A stretch of DNA of 64,000 nt from Lingula anatina (GCA_051362555.1 CM120645.1:9424001-9488000); one strand, 5' to 3'. Counted from the stretch's first letter, positions 1-13,043 are shown. Numbers and translations are program-made. Notes: generated by a model not told the origin, from the letters alone.

Positions 1-300
1 ACTGTTGATACATACATTAAGTGGCATCTTTTAAGTTCTTTGCCTGAGCTATGTTAAATACACCATTTAAAATACAATGAAGTGAAATAAATCATGCCAT
101 TGGTCTACTGATAATCATCATGCCTGAAAAACTCACAACACAAATTCGCTTTCGATATGAATATACTGTCCCCAACCTTCCTAATTATCCTGATTTCACA
201 ATAACTTTATATAAAGGAGTAAAACAATAAAATAAAAGACCCCAAAATATGTCAATAAATGAAAACAAAACTCCATCTGTTTCCGAGTGCATCAGCTCAC

Positions 301-479
301 CCTATTATTAAAAATATCACCACAGCCGAGAGAAAATAGTTGGTCTGATAGTACAGCAAGTTGTTGATCATTCGGTTGTTCCATCGTGTTGGGTCTCTCA
401 AAGACGGCACCTGAAACCTGGCAGATTCCAGCAAAAAATCTGAGAGAGGCCGCAGCGGGGCGAGCTCCACCTCGTCCAT
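301..479 (-). CDS. ARL6IP5: PRA1 family protein 3 (ARL6IP5/JWA/PRAF3), first coding exon; the rest of the gene lies left of the window
   Basis: ATG at 479 gives MDEVELAPLRPLSDFLLESARFQVPSLRDPTRWNNRMINNLLYYQTNYFL, the PRA1-family N-terminus (LAPLR...RWNNR..NNLLYYQTNY). The exon ends at a GTGAG donor (296-300 on the minus strand). Confidence 0.93.
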
Positions 480-680
480 ATCGATTCTCAGAATTAGGTC
501 AAGGCCGCTTATGTGCATGTTGAATAAAAGCTTGGAAAGTATAGATTTCATCAATATATTCATTGAAAAAGATCTTATATTAAATATATTAATTTTAACT
601 TCAATGTGACCTTGATGTTGGGAAAATATCATTACATTTTAGGGAAATTGAAGAATAGCTTAAGCTGCAATTTATACAAC
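480..680. promoter_or_regulatory. Putative bidirectional promoter and 5' UTRs shared by ARL6IP5 and UBA3
   Basis: Only ~200 bp separate the divergent ATGs at 479 (-) and 681 (+). Confidence 0.7.
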
Positions 681-3600
681 ATGGCTGAAGAACCGTGAGT
701 CCCAGTCTTTACATTTCATTCAGGAAAAATTAAGTTATTGGCGTTTAGAAAACCTTTTTTGACGATTTTAATCACACAGAAATTTTCATCTTTTTAACCT
801 TGTTGTTTGTTAAATTAAAAAATACCATGTTAATCTTTGGTTTTTAAGGATTTTGCCAATCCTGTCGAGCCGGTATGGTCTTGTCAAACAATACTCAGTA
901 CTCTCTAGTATCAATATCTGTAATCTGCCTCAGGCGTTTTCAGTATACGTATATAGATTCACCATGATGCAATATGTAAATATGAAGACTTGAATAGAAA
1001 TTATAGAAGTAGTTCCTTGGTTAACTTACAGTAATACCGTGCTAGGGAGGAGAGAGTTTTAATATCAATTTTTCATGATATGAAATGTTCTGGTACTTGG
1101 TTAGGCCTGTTGCAGGTGAGTCACACAAAATGGTGTCAATATTAATGTTATTATTACTTACAGAATGGCTTTAGATCCCGTGGATTGGCACGGCCGCTGG
1201 AATCACATTAAAAAGCTACTGGAACGAGGTGGGCCCTTCGCACATCCAGACTTTGAAGCCAGCCCTGAGGTACAGTTTACAATTACCGGCATGGTTTGGA
1301 TTAAAGATTAGCACAATGGAATAATATTAATAACTTCATGTTAATTAAAACTTAATGATGCATAGCTGGACAAAAAAAGCAAGGAGAAAATGTTGGACAA
1401 AGGGGAAGGGGAGAGGATGCATATTTTAAATAAACTTCTGGTTTAACACTATTTTGGGCATTTAGAATTAAATAAAATCCAATTACATGTACAATAGATA
1501 CAGCATGTGGAGTTTTTAATGAAAATAAAAGAAAATGTCTGAACTGTGTAATTCCAATTTTTCACCATTTTATTTCTATAACATCTACACAGAGTAGATG
1601 TTGAGCTAAAGGAAATTCACCCTTTTTTGATTAACATATTTCTTTAAAAAGAGAGTTGGTTTTTATTCCAGACATTGGGATTTATACTGGAATCATGCAA
1701 GATATTAGTAATTGGTGCTGGAGGTTTAGGTTGTGAACTTCTCAAAGATCTGGTAAGAAACTATAAAACATATTAATATATCCCTGCTCTCCTTGGATAA
1801 TATATTTGACATAATAGAATAGATACTAGATTCCCGTTTTTCTGGAAAATAAGTAAAAGCTAAATTAGAGTTGTACTTTACTCAGGGATCTTGTATTTAC
1901 CAGGACTCCAAAAATAGTTAGATCTCCAAACTTTCTTACAAACAATCACTATCATGTCTTCTAACTCATATCAGCAAATATTGAAAACTTTTTTCACTGT
2001 TATTTTCAGGCCCTTCTTGGGTTTCGGAAAATTGATGTCATTGACATGGACACAATAGATGTCTCCAATCTCAATAGACAGTTTCTGTTCAGGTATTTCT
2101 GTGTGATGGCTGTATCATTTTGTTGAACTTATATGTCTCCCATAACAAGTGCAGATGCAGAAAATGACCACACTTCTTGTTCTAAGGGTTTTATATTTGA
2201 TTTGTCAATCTTATGTTTGATTTTAACTTAAACACCAATTATGTTCATTTGCCCTTATTCAACACGAAGGCCATTTGAGAATATTTCATGAATTTTTCTC
2301 CCTTTTTTATGATAGCATTTTCAATCAGTCAGCAAAATCAATATTAAATTGAATGATAGTTTGGAGGATGGTGGTAAATTGTATTTTTAAGATTGTTTTC
2401 CTTTTTAAAAGATGTCTAATGATTAAAATCCAATGCTTCCAGGAGATCAGATGTGGGCAAACCAAAGGCGGAATGTGCCGCAGCATTTGTCAACGCCAGA
2501 GTGCCTGGTTGTGAAGTTACACCGTATCCTTTCTGTCGTTAAAAATAGAGTCCAGTTTGTGGCTGTCATGTACCTCACCTTTGTTTGGTTTTTGAATTAT
2601 GTTAAGATTTGAATAGATTGGTGATTTTAGATGTTAGGTGATTGTGTTAATATAACAAATCTACATGTAGATGCAGAAAAAACACGCTTCTCATTTTAAG
2701 GTTTTTATGTTTGATTTGTCAAGCTAATATTTGATTTAAAACTTTACACTAATTTCAAAACTTTTTAACCGAGTTAAGACTTTTTAAAAATAATTCTGCT
2801 ATTGGTTCAGTTCAAAAACCATACTCAGACTTTACATATTTCCTTGACAACGTCCTTGCAGTCATTATGCCAAAATCCAGGACTTTGACAGTTCATTCTA
2901 CAGGCGTAAGTGTACCCTGCCAAAGTTTAAAGAAAGCAATTTGAAAATTAAAAAAAAAAAAAAGAAAGAAAAACAGAAAGAATAAAGAGGGAAAAGATGA
3001 TACGTAGTATATGACAAAAATAAATAAACTGTCTAGAGTTCCAGATATTAGTTGAAAATGCTTTTAATCCACAACTCATTTTTCTGTTTAAAGTACATGT
3101 ACTAAGTGGCATAATAATAATAAATGCTACCATTTCTATGTGCCATGTTGCCATTCAGAGGAAGGGCTCTCTATGGAAGAAAATTTATGTGAAACACTGT
3201 TATAAGTTAAATGATCTATCAGATTCAATAATATTACTAATTAACAGGTAATAGTAACAATAATAGAAGTAATAATAATAGTAATAAGTAACAATAAGCT
3301 TTAATGTTTGTAAAATTAAATGATGAAATTAAATTTTTGCTCTTTTAATTTTTCAGAATTTCACATATTAGTATGTGGTTTAGATTCTATAGTTGCCAGA
3401 AGATGGATCAATGGGATGCTGGTAAGGAGCCTATTGAAATTATTGTTGATTATTCTGTGACTTCTCCAAAATGCCACTAAATCCTGTCTAGAAAATTCAG
3501 TGTTTAAGTTACTAATTTCATCATGTTTGTCGTGTAAAAATATGTTCAGCTGTCTCTTTTTCCAGTAATGAGTATTTCCAGTAATTCATTTTTAATTTGA

Positions 3601-6514
3601 AAAGAAATCCAATCTTTACTTGATGCAGATAATCATTACAAAATTATACCTTTCAGATCAGTTTGTTAAACTACGAGGACGGCATGGTGGACCAGCAGTC
3701 GATCATCCCCATGGTAGATGGCGGCACTGAAGGTTTTAAAGGAAATGGCAGGGTGATCCTGCCTGGGATGACGGCCTGTGTGGAGTGTACTTTAGAGCTG
3801 TATCCACCCCAGGTATGTGTGTGTTTGTGTGCATGTGTGTCCTCTCTAGAGCTTTATCCACCACAAGTGTATGAGTGTGATATATATTTTTGTGCTAGAG
3901 ATATGAAGTATCATGAATGATTATGGGTTTATTAAAAGTTGCAATTTTTTATATTATATATATTTTAAACTTGCAGGTGAATTTCCCCATGTGTACTATA
4001 GCCCACACACCTCGTCTACCTGAACACTGTATAGAGTATGCCAGGGTGCTACTCTGGCCACAGGAAAAACCATTTGGAGGTATGCAGGAGAATGGTGAAG
4101 TGTAGCTTCAGAATCGTGTAAAATCCTTAATCTGTACTTAAAGAAAAAATTAACAAAACATGGTAATAAAGAAAATTGACTTAACTTGATTCTCATGTAC
4201 ATTAGCAACCTATATCTTTGTAGAAAAAAATGCTTAGTTTATTGCCTGGTTGCTAAGATATGAAGGAATGTTTTGACATCTTTGTACTTGAAAGAGATAA
4301 AATGTGCTCAGTAATTGAAATGGCAACAAAATCATCCAGTAGAATTGTCCACATTGTTACACATAATGCAGTGAATCACCATTTCTTCAACACTCACTCT
4401 GCCTCATATGAGAAGTTATACGGGTGCCTTGATGACTATATTCCAGAGGAAGTAAACATAGACGGAGATGACCCTCAGCACATTAAGTGGATATTTGAGA
4501 AGTCGTTGGAGAGGGCCAGGGAGTACCAGATAACAGGGGTAACGTACCGCCTTACACAGGGAGTAGTCAAGAGGATAATCCCTGCTGTAGCCTCCACCAA
4601 TGCTGTCATATCAGGTGTGTCATCTCTACCTGTCTGTTTGTCTGGAAACCCATCTACATAAACAATACCAACACTGCTTACACAGATATTATATATAAGG
4701 CATATTTTAATTGTTATTTATGAATAAAACCTAGGGAACTTGCCTGTGATATCAGCATTCCAGTGTCACTTCCAGTAACTTAATTAAAAGTTCTCTGAAT
4801 CTCAAGTAGATCAGTAGGAGTCTGTTTATATTGAGTGGGGGTAGCAAATTAAACCGTGTCTGTCATGACTGACAATTGCCATCCTGCATGCATTAATTTT
4901 TTTTTTACCAATCAACACTAGGCTACTAGTTTTGAAAGGCATTTAATGATTTTTATTTAGCTTTTATCCTTGAGCTGTATCACTTTTTAACACAGCCTTA
5001 AAATTATTTTATTCTTACAACTTATACAGTTTTTAACACAATGACCCTTTTACAAGACAATCCATTCCCAGTAGAGTATATTTGATATGTTTATTGGCTA
5101 AATTAATCTTTATCTATTTATGGTCTTGTTTTCCAGCTGCATGTGCCACGGAGGTGTTCAAGTTGGCGACCAGTTGCTGTCCCCCGCTGAACAATTATGT
5201 CAATTTTAATGACACGGAAGGAGTGTATACGTATACATTTGAGATTGAAAGAAAAGAGGACTGTCCCGTTTGTTCTCAAGTGCCACAACCCTTAAACTTC
5301 TCAGAGGACTCAAAACTACAGGAAATAATTGATTATCTCACAGAAAGTACAACTTAGTAAGTTTCCAAGTTATATCAAAGGTGTTATAATATGCACATCT
5401 TTGCGTTTTTTATTTATTTATTTTTTTTTTTTTATTAAGTTTTTGTGAATGTTTAGGCGAAAGAAGTTTTTTAACCTGTACATAATATATGGTACACTGT
5501 TGTTCAAGATTTTGTCAATATCTTTTTACTTTTCAGTCAAATGAAGTCTCCTGGCATAACGACAATGATAGATGGCAAAAATAGGACCCTGTACATGCAA
5601 ACTATACAATCTATACGACAGAGAACGAAAGAAAATTTGAAGAAATCTCTTCAAGGTAATTCACAAAAGATCATACACTGAATTTACAGTAGTTGACCTT
5701 CAGGAAAAAAATGCATATTTGCTACTCAGGAACTTTTATGTGATTAAAGGTTTACTTTTTTGGGAACTCCCACACCAAATTAAAATTTGTTTAAATTGGA
5801 AAAAAATGCTGTCCTACTTATGAATTATTGCTCAATCTGTCCCTGCACTTGAATGACACATTTTATACCATTTTTTTTTTAAATATAGTTATTTAGTTCT
5901 AAATGTGTACCATATTGTAATGTTTAGACTAATATGTCTTTCTGTACATTTTGGAAGGAAATATTGATATCAGATACTTTTATTTGATTTAACAGTTTTA
6001 AAAAGACCGTTAAAGGTCTGAATTAGGAGACATAATATGATTTTGGGACATTTTCAAATGTGGGTAGTTTAATATATGATAATTATCAAACACAAGCCGA
6101 AATACATTCATACTGTTGGCTTACGGCCAACCTGGATGTAGGCCTTCATCAGACTGATGTGAGCAGAGGTTGACACTCACTGACCGCTAGGTAGTATTGC
6201 GGCCAGGACCATCTTATAAATGTCAGGTAGATTGACCCCCATGGGTGGCTGGTGACAGCTGATGTTGATAGCCTCTCATATCTTGCGTGGGATGTTAGAT
6301 TACTCAGGTTCAAGTATCTTGGTTTTTAAACCAAATTTTTTAAAATTCCGGTCAATACTGTTGCTGGTTCCATAAGCTAACGGTATGAATGTATTTTAGC
6401 TTGTGTTTGATACTTATTATAAATGATAATAAAGACCAAGTTCATACTATTGATGGAAAATTTTTTTTTATTTTTTTATTTTTTACGAACAAACAATTAT
6501 ATTAAAACTTGCAG

Positions 6515-6554
<40 letters not shown>

Positions 6555-6703
6555 AGATGGCATGTTTTGTGGTATACTTATTATGTATTTTCCTTCCAGA
6601 ACTTGGTCTCACCCACGGCCAGGAGATATACGTAGCTGATCCAACAACACCCAATGCCTTAGTATTCAAACTGAACTTTACCACTGACATGGAGCACAAA
6701 TAG
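681..6703 (+). CDS. UBA3: NEDD8-activating enzyme E1 catalytic subunit UBA3, 13 coding exons
   Basis: Exons 681-694, 1164-1269, 1672-1752, 2010-2092, 2443-2523, 2862-2905, 3357-3421, 3657-3812, 3977-4079, 4447-4614, 5137-5356, 5537-5655 and 6600-6703 join in frame with GT-AG introns. Motifs: [60 protein letters not shown], catalytic [25 protein letters not shown]. Stop TAG at 6701-6703. Confidence 0.97.
2524..2861 (+). other. U12-type (minor spliceosome) GT-AG intron in UBA3
   Basis: The 5' splice site is GTATCCTTTC. The branch site TCCTTGAC at 2841-2848 lies ~13 nt before the CAG acceptor. The frame is continuous across the junction ([12 protein letters not shown]). Confidence 0.92.
6075..6421. 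mobile_element. MITE-like element with ~50 bp imperfect terminal inverted repeats in the last UBA3 intron
   Basis: Left TATGATAATTATCAAACACAAGCCGAAATACATTCATACTGTTGGCTTACGG matches the reverse complement of right CCATAAGCTAACGGTATGAATGTATTTTAGCTTGTGTTTGATACTTATTATA. Confidence 0.7.
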
Positions 6704-8645
6704 GGAAGAGGAAAAAATAAAAACAATTCCTTGTTTTTTTTTTTCATCAAGTGAGGACCAAGTCAAGTGAACATGTGATTTTGTCTTTATCATATATAAA
6801 TATATATCGTGCGGGCAGATAGTCTGTCATCTGTGTCAGTACTTTCCAGGGTCTTGCTTTCTCAAGGTTGCCAACTGAACGGTCTTCAAAAGACATATTT
6901 TTGTTGCTGCAACAGTCATCATGTTATGTGCAAATTGAAATAAGTAAACTCGGAGAATGAATAATAGTAAGGGAAGAAGTGCTATATAAAGAACTGCATC
7001 TGGAACAATTACACTTTCAAGTGAATTTCAGGACAAGAATTTTGGAATTAATCTCACTGCACTCCAAAGCCAAATAATTTTTAAATATTTACGTTAATTC
7101 GACGGGACTTTTTTTGAAAAAATATTAAATGATTTGATCCTAAAAGAGCAGACCTGACTCTACAGATGGGATGAAGTCCGAAGTTCACAACGATTGAAAT
7201 GCTTTCAAATGCATATACTTAAATGCCATACAAATACATACGTGAAGTTTTACGTTTAACTTAATCATGGAAGAATGATAACAAGAAGATGTGTCAGTTT
7301 TAGAAATAATGTATTAACTTGAACAAGTTTCATATTAAAAGAGAAAAAAGAAATCACGATGAGCATATCTTGGAACAATATTGTGTACCTGCATGTATAT
7401 ATCATCATTGTGACAAGTAATCAAAGTAAAAAGGTAGACCTACATGTCTTTTATTATTATTATTTTTTTTTTTTTTACATCGTGATTAAACACCGCCTTT
7501 CTATTTTTTTACCACTTCAAACTATCTTAAAAAATAAGTGTAAGGTAACCAGCCGAAGCCTCCAGGTACAAGCCTACAGCCGGCAGTTTCAAAGGGAGTG
7601 GGGTGTCTTTTTCTAAATTCTGAAAACGTGGACCCTGTTACCCCTTTGTTGGCCAATCTGAAATATGACCTAAAACCTAGATCAAATTCTGATTCAGACT
7701 TTTTTTCCTGCCAAAAGCGCGCTCTTTTCGAACTTCCTCACCCCCCGCCAACCTCATACCTCTACGGGGCAAACACGATGGACACGCGTACTGCTGTAAA
7801 CACTGCTGTTGAACTCACGTTAATCTCTGATAATGTGCTAATATTATACCGTGTCCTCAATATTCACTTCGCGTGCTTTACCTCAAACCTGGACCAGAAT
7901 GTTCTGATGCTGTAAGTTCACTAACTGCAACAACTCAAGGGGGTGCTTGTTATAGTGTATATATCAATTAAAACATTTTTTTCTTTATAATGTACTTGAA
8001 TCATTTATCTGTTTATTTATGGTAGGCTCTGTTCTTATTCCAAGTTTTATTATCTTCACTTTCTGCTAAATACAAGAATAAGAAAGATATTTTTAAAGGT
8101 GAGAGTCGTTCTTCAACTATAAGTAAATTGTAAATATTCAACAAAAACCCCATATGCCTGAAATTTTTGAAAAACTGCCAAGAATACGTAAATGGAAGGT
8201 GTTACCTAACAATCTATTGAGGGTCACAGTTGTTAAAGTTGTGCATGTTTAAGGGGATTTTTTGTGAAAGAAAATTAACAATAATAGCCCAATCTCTTCA
8301 ATCTTTCATGGTGCGACCTAACAGGTGGCAGATACACATAGCAGATAGCTTAATCCTCGTATCCTTAAACTGACCTCACTCTTGGGAAGTTCGGGTCTCT
8401 GCCTAAATCTCCATAACAGTTTCGAAATAGCAAGTTTGAAGAAAGTCACGAAAAACATGATAGGGACACGGTCGCCCTGACATTCCGAAAAGCTCCTACA
8501 CGGATAGCAAATTAAAATTGCCGGTTTCACCACGACAAAGTACTCAAATTCAGGGTACAGTAACGAGTGATCGACTCCTACGCTAAGGCACGCCTGCAGC
8601 AGGTTTCTGCTGAAAGCGAGCCACGCGGGCAGGGCCTCTAAGGGG

Positions 8646-8728
8646 TATAAATGGGGGCTACTCCGTGACGATCGGCACACTGTTCCTGCGGTTTACAGAT
8701 ATTTGCGCCGATCACATTCTTCTTCCAG
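8646..8728 (+). promoter_or_regulatory. TATA box and short non-coding exon 1 of peptide gene copy A
   Basis: TATAAA at 8646-8651 is followed by a conserved block ending TCTTCCAG|GTAGGT. The same block occurs at 13621-13703 (C), 20566-20648 (D) and inverted at 12961-13043 (B). Confidence 0.75.
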
Positions 8729-8780
8729 GTAGGTTCTTACGCCGAGAAAAGGACATTCGTAAATATATATATATAATAAT

Positions 8781-8828
<48 letters not shown>

Positions 8829-9287
8829 ATAATTTTTATTTATTATTATTATTTTTTTATATATGTTCGTCTATTTCAACTTGACCTATTCAAACATACG
8901 CGTCAGGGCCTACTTTATTACATTTTTTGCATTTTGGAATTGTGTCTCCATAATGAGGCATGATGTCCGGTCATTTCTTTTAAATGAAATTATGCTATGA
9001 AAGGGCGCAGGCCCAATGTACCATGATTTTATTTCTTCTAGTTTTATATCTATTTCTGCATGCACACTCGGTTTTTTCTCTACAACTCTGGTGGAAATCA
9101 AATTGCAATGCAGTGAAAACTTCAATTTACGACAATCGTCAGTTTCTTAGATTTCCCATCTGTGATTTTTTCAACCAAATCAAAGTCACTCGATAAATTT
9201 TTTACCTCCTAATCACAAATTATTGACCGATCCTATCCTTGGACTTGGGTTTGATGTTTTATATCAATTCTTTAGATAAAGCACTTA

Positions 9288-9502
9288 GGGCGTATTCCCA
9301 TAGATTTTAGATCGATCTATCCCCGCGGGGAGTCTCACTAGATTACTGTCAGATAATCCGGCTTAAATGTCCGTCCCGCCTACCACTAGCTGTAAGGGGG
9401 TAATTAACTTTCGTGCCCGCTCGGCTGACAGCTATTTAGCGTGAACCCCCAGGGAGTTAGGTCGATCTCAAGTAGATCGATCTAATCTCTGGGAATGGGG
9501 TC
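9288..9502. mobile_element. Tourist/PIF-Harbinger-like MITE with TTA target-site duplication, in intron 1 of peptide copy A
   Basis: TTA flanks at 9285-9287 and 9503-9505; imperfect TIRs (ATTCCCATAGAT...ATCTCTGGGAAT). It is absent from the paralogous site in copy B, which has a single CACTTAGAT. A second copy lies at 53611-53842. Confidence 0.85.
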
Positions 9503-9789
9503 TTAGATCGCCTTGTCATCCCGAGCATTTTAAACGGAAATATGGACAATGTTTGCTTTTTTAGAGGTGTTTTATCGTATTAATTATTTTAATTAGTTTG
9601 CACTAATTAGTTTGCACTAATAAGGAAAGATACATAGCTAAGCAGGATACGTGATTGTGGACACAAATGTATTACTTTGGGACATTTTTAAACGCAGATT
9701 CGGTCTTTAAAACATGAAATCAAATGTTCGTCGCAACCTTTCTTTTAAATGTCTAGTTCTTGTCATCTTTAGTTTCAGCCAACGTTAAG

Positions 9790-10499
9790 ATGAAGGTTCT
9801 GTGTGTTGCTGTACTTTGCCTTGTCGCGACATTCGCCTCCGCCAAGTCTCTTGACGAGAGAGTGGGTAAGAGAAATTTACAAATACTGGCTTAATGCACT
9901 TTTATTTACTCCTGGTATTCATGAATTGTCAAACTGTAATATTTTACCTCGATTTGTAATTTAATGCCAACCTGATGTGCCTACACTACTATCAACGCCT
10001 CATCAACACACCGCGCTACGATCTAACTGAACGGTTTTCTAATATTCGTTTCTATTGCAATGTGTCTTGATACTGTTCAAGACATTATCGCCCAAAGTAC
10101 ATTTTATCTCCTTTTCAACAGTTCCTCAGAAAAGCCGTTTTGTAGACAAAATGAATAGCCATTCTGTAGCAAATAAATTAAAACCAATTCCCCCAACTTC
10201 TTAACTTTCCGTTTTCAGCCCGCATGTTGATGGAAGATGAAGAATTCAAGAGGGGTCTCAAGTCAACAGTTTGCAACGCCATCGAGAACGTCATCAACAA
10301 TTTTGCCCCTGATCTTATCAAGTTCGGCTGCAACAACGTGGACGAAAATGCTATCTGTGGTCTGGTAGTGAATGCCGTCGGCGGCTATTTTGGCGCGACC
10401 AAAGCAACATGTAAGCTGATCATTCCCGACAGTCTCATGAAGAGCCTGCAGAATCAGTGTAGGCAACTCGGCAGCTTTAACAACGTGAACGTCTGCTAG
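9790..10499 (+). CDS. Secreted 6-Cys prepro-peptide, copy A (118 aa), family unrecognised
   Basis: Exon 9790-9865 (MKVLCVAVLCLVATFASAKSLDERV, donor G|GTAAG) plus exon 10219-10499 (ARMLMEDEEFKR/GLKSTVC...NVNVC*). Phase-1 intron with canonical sites; structure conserved in three paralogs. Confidence 0.88.
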
Positions 10500-11460
10500 A
10501 CGGGCAAAGCCGACCGGCAAAATATCAGCGCGCTTCTACATTTAAATTTGTGCAACATTTGCTGAACTGTTTGGGATGGAAGACATAACGAGTTGAAGTG
10601 CGAACGAGTACAGTTATATAAAAGATCACTTTAATTTTGGCGGCCATTTTGTTTGAGCTGAATAGCCCTTATTTGCTTTTTGTGAATTTTGCTCAATTTA
10701 TGCCGTGCTAATAACAACAATGGCTTCTTATTAATTTTTTTCTTGTTTTAGTCCTTATTAATTTCTACAAATTTTAAAATACTAAAATACGTGTTACAAT
10801 TTGCGTTTTAATCAATTTAATTATATCCATTCCTACTAAAACATGATTATTCCACTTATGTTGTGTTGCTAAAGCTTTCCTCTAAAACATTTATTGGATT
10901 TTTATATATTTTTTTTTTCGGGGGGGGGGGGGGGGGGAGGGGGGGAGGTGTAAAAAAGACAAGGCATTTCATACTTATAGTACTTTCAAACTTATCAAGT
11001 AAAAACTGTTTCAAGTCAAAACGAAATACGTTGGCCTAACTGGAGCAAATACTGGATATTACCCGTATTTCCCACGCGCTTCCACTAAAAGTTTAAATTG
11101 GGCACTTGGAATTATAAATTATTGTAAGATCACCGACCGCAGTCTCAAAGTACAGGCCCATACCCGGGAATTTCAAAGGAAGTGGGCGTCTTTATCTGAA
11201 TTCTGAAGAAATAGATTATGTTATCCCCTCACCTGACCTAACTTATAAAATGACATAGAACCTAGATCAGATTCTGGTGCAGATTAAATTTTTTTCTGGC
11301 AAAATGCGCTTCTTTCAGTTGCTGTCAAATTATGTAACTTACCATGTTGAAAAATGTAATAATAAGAAGAAAAAGAAGAAGAAGAAGAAGAAGAATAAAA
11401 GTCTCAAATGTTCAGTAGTCTTTACATGGGTAAAATAAACAGAATAAGACGAATAAAGTC

Positions 11461-11462
11461 AA

Positions 11463-11509
<47 letters not shown>

Positions 11510-11511
11510 AT
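11461..11511. repeat. (AATA)n microsatellite
   Basis: Direct read of the sequence; it contains multiple AATAAA hexamers downstream of copy A. Confidence 0.9.
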
Positions 11512-12248
11512 AGGCAGTTTAGATATTATAATATTAAATTGTAAAGTATATTTAACATTTTAAGATATTAAAATAGATAGTACAAAGTTAAGATAACAGC
11601 CAGTCAAATCAGTTATAAAACTTTCTGAAAATGAGTTTTTAAATCTTCTTTAAAGTTGTACTGAGACTCCATAGATAAAACCTTCATTTCGTGTCCTTTC
11701 ATCACAGACAATCTTCGACGACACTCACCTCAAAATACATTTGGTAAAACAAAATAAACGGCTTCTAGCTGTTGCCTATTTTTGGTGGTTTACGCTCCTA
11801 TTGCAAACGGACGGAGGGGCGGTCAATGTGAAGTACAGCACGTGCTCAGGACGACCTTCACATTTTCTAGAACAACGAGAAAATCAAGTGACTGAAAAAA
11901 AAAACATGCTCAGGACGATACGAATGTGTTTCCTCGGTCACTAGACATTCCTGATTAAAACGGGGTGGCAATATCTGTACCACAGTCTTTAAAATAATTA
12001 CTCCAATCATTACTAAAAAGCCATAATTCAACAAAATCCCAATCTTCTTAAAATCTTTGAAATATTACCGAGAATGTGTAAAAGGTAGGTGTTACCCAAC
12101 AATGACTTGGGATAATAGTTTATAATTGTGCAAGTTTAATGATTTTTTTGTCAAAGAAACTTATTGCTCCTGCTCTTCAATCATTTTTATCCTGCGACCT
12201 TGAGGCCCATTCATGCTGGACGGCGTCATTTCTGCGTCCCTTCTGCGA

Positions 12249-13043
12249 TCAAAAATGTGGTCTGGACTTGTCGGAGGCGAATGTTGCGGCGAGGCAAAGT
12301 ACAACTACGCACAGAACCTTCATTTTAACGTTGACTGAAACTGAACATGACAAGTATATTTAAAATACATTTCGAACATTTAAAATAAAAGTTGAGACGA
12401 ACAATTGAACTGCTGTTTTAAAGATCGACTCTCTGCGTTTGAAAATATCCCAAAGTAATATGTTTGTGTCCACAATCACGTATCCTGCTCAGCTATGCAT
12501 CTTTCCTAATTCGGATAAATTAATTAAAACGATAAAACACCTCTCATAAAGGAACCCATTGTCCATATTTTTGTTTAAAATGCACGGGATGACAAGGCAA
12601 TCTAAGTGAGTGACCAGTACTTTATTTAAAAACTTGATATAAAACATCGAACTCAAGTCCAAGGATAAGATCGATCATTAATTTGTGATTACGAGGTAAT
12701 AAATTTATCGAGGAAAATGCAGCAATAGATATAAACCTAGATTTTAAAAAAATCATGTTACAGATAATTGGCCTGGGCCTGTGTCCTTTCATTGCATAAT
12801 TTCATTAAAAGGAAATTACCGGGCATGTCTGCACTTTAGAGGCACGATGTGAAACTTATATAAACAGTAGGTCCTGACACGAAATTTTTAATAAGTCAAG
12901 TTAAAATAGAAGAATATGTAAAAAAAATACGAATGTCTATTCCTCGGCGTTAGAACCTACCTGGAAGAAGAATGCGATCAGCGTCAATATCTGTTAACCG
13001 CAGGAACAGTGTGCCGATCTTCACGGAGAAGTCCCAATTTATA
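12249..13043 (-). pseudogene. Inverted, 3'-truncated copy B of the peptide gene (promoter, exon 1, intron 1 and signal peptide only)
   Basis: Minus-strand TATAAA at 13038-13043, donor at 12961/12960, ATG at 12323 giving MKVLCVVVLCLAATFASDKS. Homology is lost at ~12265 and the frame stops (RPHF*) at 12249. No exon 3 is present. Confidence 0.85.

Noticed and set aside
8359-8366. GTATCCTT U12-donor-like motif upstream of copy A (also ~20298)
   Set aside because: It lies upstream of the TATA box with no supporting exon or U12 branch site; probably chance within a duplicated flank.
10254-10499. Calling the 6-Cys peptides canonical saposin-like proteins (NK-lysin/amoebapore/caenopore)
   Set aside because: Size and helical amphipathy fit, but the diagnostic N-terminal CxxC and C-terminal Cx5C spacing are absent. 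Left as a fold hypothesis only.
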